Source: Octopus vulgaris
Taxonomy: Eukaryota
DNA length: 64,000 bases
Assembly (NCBI GenBank): GCA_951406725.2
Contig: OX597817.1
Span: 43,090,001 to 43,154,000 of the forward strand
Direction: 5' to 3'
Part shown: in pieces, positions 54,101 to 64,000 of the stretch
Layout of the letters: every line of letters begins with the position of its first letter
How positions within the stretch are numbered: position 1 is the stretch's first letter
Position numbers and translations under genes: made by a program
The notes under the pieces: generated by a model
What the model was told of the DNA's origin: nothing
The model's database searches: none
What the model saw: only the letters and a program-made list of their open reading frames with translations

Positions 54101-57056
54101 ACTTACTCTCTTTTTAGCTTAGAACTCTTGCAATTTCTTGTGAGAGTTATGAAATTTGTGATTTCATCTCTTAATACAAACCTAAACTACAACTTATCCA
54201 AACTTGTCTTTGGGTTTCAAGTTTTGCTTGATCAGTTTAAAACCTTTTGTAATTACGATCGTCTCAATTGAACTTGTTTGTTCTTGCTCAGACATCAAAC
54301 ACTACCTGTTTAATTAAGCAAATAACTTGGATGATTGAGAGATCCTGAAAGCTACAAACTATACATTATATCCTCTGTGTGAAAAGTCTGGCTGCGTACA
54401 CGTTAGCATATGTCAGGTGCATACAATTGACAACACAGTTAATTAAGATGTATTCATTGAGTTCTATTTAACACATATTTACACGTGGAATTAGCAGAAT
54501 CATTAAATTTGGCCGATAAAGTTGAACTGAAAAGCCCTACAACGAGGCATGAATTGCACGAAGCCGTATTGCAGTCTTGGGAAGAGCTATCTGAGCGGAA
54601 AATTTGTGGATGTATTCAACATCAAACTTGTGTTCGGCATCAAATAGTTGACTGTCGTGGTGGTAACAGATTCGTGTAATAAATTTTGTGTTCATAATAT
54701 ATATTTTTTCGGATGCAGCCAGACTCTTCACATAGATTAGCCTATGCTAATCTCTATACATGGTCTCATGTGTCGGGTCTATATCCTTTGCACTCCTCAT
54801 TCTGCATCTTCATAACACCTGTGTGCTTTTCTTTTGTATTGAGTTACGTCACAACTCATACAAAGTAAACAATTTGGTCCACACATCAAACCTTCCTAAC
54901 TAAACTGTCTTCCTTCAAATAACATTGATATTGGTTCTTGTTACCTTTTCTCTATTTACTGGTATGTTCCCTTAGCTCCCTCTTATAACTTGCTTTATTA
55001 CACTATACCATTGGCTGCAGTTCTGCTCTATCTTCATTACTAGTCAATGGTTTGAAGCATGATCTCTCTTATTTAAATAGGTGTCATCTTTTATTGCTTT
55101 AAAACATTTGAAGTTGTTTCTGAATGGAACAAAATAATTGGATTAATTATAAACCATTTATCACAATTGAATTGAAGCGTTGGGCCTACAGGATTGAATC
55201 ATTTGTCTCATGGAATTAAAATGTTTGTTTCATAAGGCTTTTCTTTTATTATTATTAAGGCATCAGTTTTGTTTTTTATAATTGTTAGCTCTCAAAGTAC
55301 CGCAACCAAAGACAAAGAAAAGGAGACACCTTGAACACCATGAACATGTATTTCATCATGAAACAATACAAGGTGAAATTCATAATTTCTTAGCAGCCTT
55401 AACTGGAGATGATCTTTCAGACAGCTATTATGAGGACTATGAAGATGATTATGGAAGAATGTATTATGTTTGGTAAGCCCTGTGTTTTTCGTTTATTTCT
55501 TCCCTACCCAGATTCCTGTTCAGTACTATACGTTTGCAAGACTTAATTTGGTTACTTTGCCTCTTAAGTTTGTACCCTAGACAAAGGCATTTGATTGTAA
55601 TGGTTGTAAATAGCAAATATGAGTTGCAGGTTGATGAGTGTTTCACCCCAACCAATTCATGAAATAAATCTCATACACTGAGATAAGGCAACAAAAAGGC
55701 CCTGTGTATCTTTTCACTCAAATCAAGGCAATTGAAGCACTCCACATTCTCAAGATGACACCTTTCTATGTATCCTGGTTCTGGATGTTCATCAGTATGT
55801 CTACAAGTTATCTTCTAAGCACCACTTTTGGCATTACTCTCCATGGGCTTGCAGAGAACAGCGTCTTGAAGTGATGATGCATACTGTTGCCAGTAAGTAG
55901 TCTGATTTGATAGCTTCCATTAATTTCTCTTGGGTACCAGTTAGTGCCTATGCTTCTGTCCCATACAGAAGGATGGCTTTATTAGTGACGAAAATTAGGC
56001 GGCGAGCTGGCAGCATCATTAGCATGCCAGGCGAAATGCGTAGCTGTATTTTGTTTGCCATTACGTTCTGGGTTCAAATTCCGCTGAGGTCAACTTTGCC
56101 TTTCATCCTTTCAGGGTCGATGTAATCGACCTAATCCGTTTGTGGGTAGTAAAGCAATAAAGAAATATATTAGTGACGAAAAAGGTCACACTTAGTCTTC
56201 CTGTTGAGCCTAAAGTTCCACATTTTTCTCCTATCATGCAGTGCCCTCCGAGCACCAAGTTACCTGAAATCCTCGTCTTTTCAGTGCTGGTGCTCATTGG
56301 TGTTGAAGGCCAGCAAGCCGAAGTTCCATTTTATTCTTTCAATTGCAAGCTTCCTCAGTAGTGATCGTGTGAGATGTTGACACACAATTCCTCCACCTAG
56401 GTGCCACAGTGATCATATACATTGAGGCATTCAATGCGCTCTCCCCCTCAAAACTTGGGAAATTATGAAATCAATATAGGTTGGTTGGTTAGTTATATGA
56501 ATTACTGAAACAAGTGTTTTAACAGCTGAATAACCTTGCTAATCACTTAATTTTAGCTATGAAGACTTTTAAGATAAGCAGAAGCACTGAGCTTTCACTG
56601 GAGTATAATGCAATACCATTTAACATCCAATTTCCAACACCCTGCAGGGTCAGACAGAATTTGTTGGGTCAAATTTTCTACAGCTGGATGCCCTTCCTGC
56701 CCCCCCCATAAGACTGGGAATGAGCATTGTTTGTTTACAACTGTCACATGTTGTCAGGACAAGAGTCCACATACATACTTATGATAGGCTTCTTTTAGTT
56801 TGTCTCTCAAATCCACTCACAAGGCTTTGGTTGACCCAAGGTGCCTGGGACTGAACCTGAGATCACATGGTTGGGAAGCAAGTTTCTGAATCATGCACAT
56901 AAAGGCAATATATCTAACTGCTGTTTGTTGCGAATATAGTATATTTACTTCAGTATTCATTTAATAAAGGATCGTTTGCTATTTGTTGCAATGTGTGTAA
57001 ATCTACTTGTGATAATATCGACTTAAAGATCTATATTCTTTTTACTTTTTAGGTAA
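42126..57056 (+). CDS. RNF8: E3 ubiquitin ligase RNF8 (FHA, coiled coil, C3HC4 RING)
   Basis: Exons 42126-42194, 47723-47836 (FHA: IKIGRSQD...ISKHHA), 48378-48932 (SLNGVFVN...GDLIQIG, poly-N, coiled coil), 51762-52160 (coiled coil, ELQCSICNELFVQ), 53084-53288 (ATTLSCSHTFCFYCIHMWMNKKNDCPVCR), 55289-55472, 57053-57056 (G TAA). The C-terminal RING after a coiled coil matches RNF8 rather than CHFR. Confidence 0.92.
50370..51395 (+). mobile_element. Degenerate RTE-clade LINE 3' end (RT C-terminal remnant plus 3' UTR)
   Basis: YLGD...FRELVPLLVTKGLSLRVIGRLYGACVQTAMLHGSETW with stops and frameshifts, continuing into the repeat tail TGGCATTAGGAAGGGCATCCAGCTGTAGAAAC...(GAT)n. Confidence 0.85.
54375..54735 (+). 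mobile_element. Internally deleted Tc1-like element
   Basis: TIRs CTGTGTGAAAAGTCTGGCTGC / GCAGCCAGACTCTTCACATAG. Internal ELHEAVLQSWEEL...IVDCRGG resembles a Tc1 transposase C-terminus. Confidence 0.7.
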
Positions 57057-57240
57057 ATTTGAAAGCAAAACAAATTAACATCACAATTAGAGAATTTTAT
57101 TTGCAGCATCTGAATTTGAAGAGATTAAATCCTTTCCGTTTGTGAAATATTGCTAACCAGATGCATTTTCAATTTTAACCAAAGGCAAATAGCGAGAAAT
57201 TGGGAGCCAGCCATTTTAAAAATACACATATGGTTTCTTC

Positions 57241-57246
57241 AATAAA
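57241..57246 (+). terminator. Putative RNF8 polyadenylation signal AATAAA
   Basis: AATAAA about 185 nt after the stop in the terminal exon, followed by a T-rich tract. Confidence 0.5.
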
Positions 57247-57475
57247 AAAATTTTTTTTAATATTTTTCACTTTAAATTATATTTTGAAATTAAAATCTTG
57301 TTTGTTTAATATTTCATCTCAGATGAATATGCGATTGTTATAAAATATTTGTTATATGTATCAAATATTATTTAAGTCTAAACAAAAATTGTGCTTCCAT
57401 TTCTGTAATTTATTAAAACAGAAGCAGGATTTGAATAATTACATCATTCTTCAACATAGCCTCCTTACTTTTCGA

Positions 57476-58150
57476 TTCACTTCTTGGAGTCCACAAGCTT
57501 GCTTATTCCATTAGAGGTTTTTGTCTGCTCACACAACCATTTATGCACTTCATCCATCCATATCAAATTAACACACTTGAATATTCCAAGAAGTGATTGC
57601 TGAAAAGGGCAAGATCTGGACTGTATGCTAGTGTTCCAGCAACTTGAAACCCACTTTTTCAATGGTTTTAATGATATACTTCACCATTTGCTGGAGCATA
57701 CACTGCTGATTGTAAACCCCTTTTCCAGTGTAGGGTCTTTTTAAAAAAATTTTCGTCCCTAAAAACAGTATTGCTTTTTCTGCAGAAGGTTGAGTCTTTA
57801 ATTTGTTTTTTTCATTTTACTGGCTACTCCAGTCTCTACCTTTTGGATTGTGGATCAGTAATCCAGGTCTCATCTGTGACTTTTCCCCCAAAAAATGTTT
57901 CACCATCATTGTTGTAGAAGTCGAGTAAGCATTTACATATCCCCACATGATTGCACTTCAATAAGCTCTTGGCACCCAACTTGCACAGACCCTATAGAAG
58001 CTTGCCCTAGATTTCATATACAGAACCATGACTAACTTGTAGAGAACACAGCACCTCATTGATGGTCACTCAATTCACCAGAACCATCTCTTGGGCTTGT
58101 TGTGTCATGTATGGTAGATGTTAATGGGTATTCTGCTTCATACTTGTCCG
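57476..58150 (-). mobile_element. Decayed mariner transposase relic
   Basis: Minus strand encodes VTDETWI (TGDETW-like) and FKLLEH*AYSPDLA (YSPDL motif) with stops and frameshifts. Confidence 0.75.
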
Positions 58151-59766
58151 GCTATTTTTTAAAACTTTTTTTTGATCCACTCGTATACGTCAATCTCTCA
58201 AAATGAAAGGAGACCCAGGAAGCCATGGGATGAAGTACTGAAGGATGACCTTGGACACTGACTCTTTCAGACCGAGATACTTGGCACCTTGCTGTACTCA
58301 AGGCTGCTCTCCTTGGCAAAGAGAATTTTGGTGCCACATTAGAAGCATACACTGCAAAGTGGTTGGCCTTAGGAAGGGCATTCACCCATAGAAACCAACC
58401 AAATCCGATTGGAACCCGCTGCAGCTGTGGTAAAACTGCCCAACCCATGCCAGCATGGAAAACAGACATAAAATGATTATATATAAAGTACTGGTTCAGC
58501 AAAGACTTTGCTATTGGAATGTTATGAAATGCATACCATCAATAACTGGCATTATTTCTTAGGAAATTTTTGTAAGAATTATTTTCATGTCACTTGTCCC
58601 TAGACATCAATGTAGCTTTAGATACTGTGTTTTCACTCAGCGTCACAATCACAGATGGTTTCCTAAATTGAGACATTGGGTCAATTACTACTGCACATCA
58701 GAGGTATCCACTGTGGCAATATCCATTTAGATTGATCTGTCATTGTGCATCTTAACCATTAGCATGCAAATAATTTTATCCAGCTTAACCCTTTCATTAC
58801 CAACCTGGCTCTGTGGTACAAATGTCTTGTTCTCATAAGTTCTAAATTAAAATCTTCCACCAAACCTTAGTCACAATTTATGTTCCTAACAGTGGCTGAA
58901 TGGTAACTAAGTTATTTTACTAAATTCTTTGTTAAGTAATTGAAAGAAACAGAGCATCTGAAAATAAATACAGTAACGACAGTGTTAATACTTCATCTCC
59001 AAGCTTATTGCCTTTTATTTTTACAAATCAAAATCAGTGGCTCATGACTGATGGATGACAACTCTTTTGTAGTGTATGTTGTGAGTGTGATTATTATGTT
59101 AGTGGTGCAGTCACATGATCTAATTACATTGGCAGAATGGATGACTTATTCATAGCTTTTCCCATATTTGGATTGTGTATTAGCAGACGATGATGACACC
59201 TGACCGAATCAAAATTATTCTGGTATGCTTTGAGACAAAACTACTGGGGTTACCAACAATGATCTGTGCATCTATTGGTGCAATGCAACTAATATGCCAA
59301 TTCAAGCAACTGTATTTGGATTAATCTAGGTGAGGTGGAACCCAATTTGAAGTCCAGCATTATAACTAATTTACCTACCTTCCTTATCTTTGGACTTGAA
59401 AATTATACCAAGTCCAGTGTTCAGGCCATGTTGGTTAGCTGACACAAGACTGATGTACACGTCCTTATGATAAATATTAAAAAGAAACATACACTTGAGA
59501 CAAAATTGCAGTTGATTTTGATTAATCTCAATGTTGCTCCAGAACAAGCAGTCAGCCCTAGATTCCATTTCAGATTTTTCTTAGAATACCGAATGCTGCA
59601 TTAATTCTTTAAAGATCTGTTTGTGATATACTGCGGAAAACACCTCTGTAATCGTCAAGTGTAAAAAAACAACAAAGAAATATGTATATTACAATGTAAT
59701 TTATTGACATTTAACCCAGTTAAATGATGTTTCTTAACAAGCTTCAGGCCATGTTTGCGTTAACCA

Positions 59767-61981
59767 TTAGTCAAGCTGAAAAAAGAGAAAGACATTTTTA
59801 ATAAATATTAAAAACCACACAAACAAAAAAACAAATTCAAGAGTATTCCAGGATATGAAAGTTTGAAACATTCTCGACAGCTCGATTTATTTTGGCTTTT
59901 GGACATATGCTAAAATTTTACCCACATTCCTTACCCGTTCAGCACAAACTGTATTAATTCTGGTCCATACTTCCCTCTATTGGACTTCAATTGTCTAACA
60001 GTAGTGACCTGTTGAAATTTGAATTTTCTGTGCTCAAAATTGATCAAATCGTCAAGTAATGTTTTGAACTGATATCTTCGGAATATCTGAAAATCAAATT
60101 GGTACTACTTACGAAAAGTGGTCCTGGTGCGCGCACTCACGTATCCACGTTAGCTAGTCGTGACTAATCGATCCTTGCTTTGTGTTTATGTTTTATTTAC
60201 TTTGCTAGGTAATCGTTGTAGGATCGACTAGTCACGACCAGCTAGCGCGGATGCGCGCACCGGGACCACTCTTCTTAAGTAGTACCATCAAATTTAGCGA
60301 CATAAATTCTCGTACCTTCTTAAATCCAATGTCATTGGAATATTCTCGGAAACATCTCCGGCACATGAAGAGACTGTATTTCCTTATGACACCGTGAGTG
60401 TTGGCACAGACTCGACTGATGGAAGAAAAAGGAAAAATACAAAGTTTATAAAAATGAAACTATAACGATAAAGACAAATGGTTGTTTACATATAGTAAGC
60501 ATTCGGTACAAAACGAGGCGGCGGTAAAGAATACTCACACCGCCCGTTTTCGGTGTAACAAAAACCCCAACCCCAATCACCGGGTGTGCGTTTTCTTTAC
60601 CATCGCCCAAAACGAAAGGGACCACACATTCAGCCACTTCACCACCTAAATTATTATATACGATTAAGATTAATGAAGCTGAGTTAATTACCATCTTATG
60701 GTATATTTTATTGTAGATACTAAATATCACACCTTAGAATTTTTATATATATTCAGGTATTCCATACACGTAATATAAAAGGCGCTATGAGCCAAGGAAG
60801 GCTTCAACTGACTCAAATATATTATATACATTTAAGTATCAATACAATCGAAGAATACTCAATTATCGTCAACAAATACACCGGAAGATATGTTACATAC
60901 ACACAACTTGGATTATAGTTGGTAGAGGGTGCGATTTTACTGCTACTTCTAGCAGGGCGAGCGATAACTTAGAGTAGCATTTTATTTGGATCGGGAATAG
61001 TAGGAAGTAACATGCCATTAAAGAATGGCCGGAAAAAAAGCATTCTTGATCTTAATGGATATACTTGAAAAAACACTCTTGAATTTAAGAATTAAATTAT
61101 CATCATACAACTATCATCACACACGTGCATAGCCGAATTGATGAGGCAGCTTCTAGACGGAAGCGCCATCTGCTAGAAATAGCAGCAAAATCTTTAAATC
61201 ACATCATACCACCTTAAATAGGATGCTCACAGCTGATTTGGAGCTAAACAATTTAATAAACATTTAATGAAGGTACCAAGGTAAATGGGGTACTACTTAA
61301 AAAGAGTGATCCCGGTGCGCGCACTCGCGTAAGCTAGTCGTGACTAGTCGATCCTAGCAAAGTAAATAAAACACAAAATAAATAATTCTTTTTAAAACAA
61401 AGGATTGACTAGTCACGACTAGCTAGCGCGAGTGCGCGCACCGGGACCACTCTTCTTAAGTAGTACCAAAGTAAATGGTAACTTTCAAAGATAATACTTA
61501 ATTTTAAATGATGAATTAGTCAACGTTACTACATCTTTCTCTCCGGACTTGTACTTCAAATATTTATTTTAACATGCTATATAAAACAAAATGACCTCGA
61601 TTAAGGTATATATAAATAAAGAGAGAGGAAAGCAACATTGGTAAAGCATTACAGTAATGCTATTAAATAAATACGTTTTGGTGAATATGAGAGGAAACGG
61701 CCATGGCAAAGACTAACAACATGGCGACCACATTTCTTCAAGGTGGGAGAAATAGGAACATCGAACATAAAGCATTTATAGTAATTTATTTCTGATGTTT
61801 TAATATCTAATGATTAGTTTCATCTTCAAAATATATTAAGAGAGTACAGAATAAATAAATAAATAAACATATAATTTTATCAATGGCAGTGAAAACTATG
61901 AACACACGTGTCTGGAGAAATACCGATTTGGACGACGGAAATGTTCCGTTTTATGGATAAACATAATCGTGTATCGTATAA

Positions 61982-62014
<33 letters not shown>

Positions 62015-62093
62015 AGAAAAAGGAGTCTTACCATTGTCGTGATCCTGGTCCAAATCGTCTGGGATGAGAAAACCAAAGAGTTGTATGACCCAT
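59767..62093 (-). CDS. RPS29: 40S ribosomal protein S29 (uS14), 56 aa
   Basis: Exons 62093-62032, 60415-60316, 59775-59767 give [56 protein letters not shown] with a C-x2-C...C-x2-C zinc site. AATAAA on the minus strand at 59700-59705. Confidence 0.97.
60101..60286. mobile_element. GC-rich foldback MITE (Mutator/hAT-like) in RPS29 intron 2
   Basis: TIR GGTACTACTTA...TAAGTAGTACC, about 70-bp arms, perfect 8-bp TSD ATCAAATT at 60093-60100 and 60287-60294. Confidence 0.88.
61289..61467. mobile_element. Second copy of the same MITE in RPS29 intron 1
   Basis: Same TIRs. Flanks AAGGTAAATGG / AAAGTAAATGG. Spacer inverted relative to the 60101 copy. Confidence 0.88.
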
Positions 62094-62149
62094 TTTTAAA
62101 TATTTAAGAGATATGCACGAACAACGTACGTCAAGAGCAAGTGTTCAAC

Positions 62150-62190
62150 ATAAAAGGGAGGGAAGAAGGAAAGACTTCGCTTTATATAGG
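62150..62190 (-). promoter_or_regulatory. RPS29: RPS29 core promoter: TATA box and TCT/5'TOP initiator
   Basis: Minus strand CCTATATAAAGCGAAGTCTTTCCTTCTTCCCTCCCTTTT: TATA about 30 nt upstream of a polypyrimidine start. Confidence 0.75.
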
Positions 62191-62297
62191 AATCCATCCC
62201 ATAATTCATGGCTACATTCAAGGGAGATAATCTTCGAGATTATCGCATTTTTTTTACTTCCAAAATATGAATAGCAGAAAACAATTTATAGAACAAA

Positions 62298-62675
62298 AGA
62301 AGCAGTATCGCCCGGCGTTGCTCGGGTTTGTTCCGACCCTTTAGAATTGGAATTTTTGAAAAGTAAAAATTTTGCATTATGTAGCTTGTTATTCTCTTTA
62401 AGTGTACAATTTTCTGGTTGAAATACACCGAAAAAGGGCGACATAGCAATAAAAAAATAGGGATTTTCATAGAAAATAAGCACCTTTTTGATGTAAATAA
62501 CTTTTGGTGTTAACATGGTCCGATTTGAATTTTTTCTTCTATGGAAGGTAGAGCAAGCCTTCTATCATAATCTCAATTTTGGTCAACTTGCGCCGCAGGG
62601 TCTCGGAGTAGATAGTGTTAGTTGAAGGCTGCCAAACCTGCCATACATAGACAACTTCAGCTTTATATATATAGA
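62298..62675 (-). mobile_element. Non-autonomous Helitron, second copy, in the RPS29 upstream region
   Basis: Reverse complement begins TCTATATATATAAAGCTGAAGTTGTC and ends with hairpin CCCGAGCAACGCCGGG. Closely similar to 20282-20671. Confidence 0.75.
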
Positions 62676-64000
62676 GATAATAAATAAAAAAACTAAGATA
62701 AAATGTTATAAAGTGAGTTTTTCTCAGTTAAAGATTTATTGTCTGGAATATTATGAAACTTTAGTTGTACATAAACGCTCCATTGGACTCAACCAAGCAT
62801 AATTTTCAAATGATCCTTAGATCTATCTAACATCAACTGATGTATCATCTTCATCATCATCATTGTCATTTAACGTCCGCTTTCCATGCTGGCACGGGTT
62901 GGACGGTTTGACTGAAGGCTGGCAAGCCAGGCTCCAGTCTGATCTGGCAAAGTTTCTACAATAGGATGCCCTTCCTAATGTCAACCACTCCGAATTTTTA
63001 GAATGGCATTGTAGGGTATGTTTGAGAAACCTGATCTGGCTGATTTGAACATAAACCAGATAGAATAATCAGGCCGGATATGGCTCGTTTCAATGACAAG
63101 GGGTTGATAATGGAGATTAAATCCTTTCTTAAAGCTTAATATGATTTAGTGGAAAATGGGTAAAACACTTTAGTATTGAGTTCTTAGTCTTCAAATTGAT
63201 AGTATATATCTAAAATGGGAAGTAAATTAATCCGTTGTAAGTGATGTCTTTAGATCAAGCACATAATTCTTTCTAGTATAGGCTCAAAGCTTGAAATTTT
63301 GGAAGAGAGGGTTAGTCAATAACACTGACCCCAATATTTGAAAAGATGAAAGGCAAAGTTGACTTCAGCAGAATTTGAACTCAGAACATAAAGATGGACA
63401 AAATTTTGTTAAGTATTTTATCCAGTGCAGTAATGATTCTGCTAACTTTCCACCTCATAATGATCTGCTCAAAAAAGGTGCCACAGTATATCTAATAGGG
63501 ACTGAGTTTATATATCTCAAAATTGTATCCTGCTATTGTATAAAAACACCATGTAACACGATTTTTGTCCTTGGGTAGCAACTGTTACTTCCTTTTTGCT
63601 TACCCCCTAGAAAGTATGAAAAATGGCTAATATTTCCTTCAAACTTTACTTTTGTTACATTTATTCAAACTCCAAAGAATCCCTCTCAACATATGATTAT
63701 GATGCTTCCCACAACTCCTGCTCTTGATCAGAGATACACATATTGTCAGCCACTAAGGGATATACTCAAGTTGTTATATTCAAGTAACTGACAAGCGAAT
63801 CTTTGGTATTGAGCAGAATATTTGCTATGATGATATCTCTGCTTTATCAACTCAGCAATGACTCTGTCTGAAATGTGATGGGAAATGGGTCACAAAAGCA
63901 AAGTCTGAAGGGAATAGTAGTCATTTCCCTTGATTTCTAGGTAGAAGTAAAATAGAAAATAACATTTATATTATTTACATTCAACGGATATTTGTCTCAT

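Noticed and set aside
60416-62031. SRP (7SL) RNA, considered because human RN7SL1 lies at the RPS29 locus
   Set aside because: No Alu-domain or helix-8 consensus of SRP RNA was recognised

Overview
AT-rich, intron-rich eukaryotic DNA. The repeat families resemble those of Octopus/cephalopod genomes (inferred, not checked by search). Four protein-coding genes were reconstructed by hand from GT-AG exons: MSH6 (+, 32 exons visible, 5' end outside the window, stop at 36542), FAU/FUBI-RPS30 (-, 36668-41855), RNF8 (+, 42126-57056) and RPS29 (-, 59767-62093). MSH6 and FAU are tail-to-tail with only 125 bp between their stops. FAU and RNF8 are head-to-head over about 270 bp. Introns are filled with tRNA-derived SINEs, RTE- and CR1-type LINE fragments, mariner/Tc1 relics, piggyBac- and Mutator-like MITEs and two non-autonomous Helitrons. 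The most unusual items are: a frameshifted, antisense BPTF/NURF301 exon, with its splice donor, inside an MSH6 intron; non-repeat RNA hairpins in the first introns of both ribosomal protein genes, one burying a splice acceptor; an RNF8 last intron whose retention or removal gives the same protein; inverted foldback MITEs bracketing RPS29 exon 2; and a degenerate Penelope-type hammerhead motif. I see no clear evidence of a wholly new multi-gene system. Repeat boundaries are approximate.
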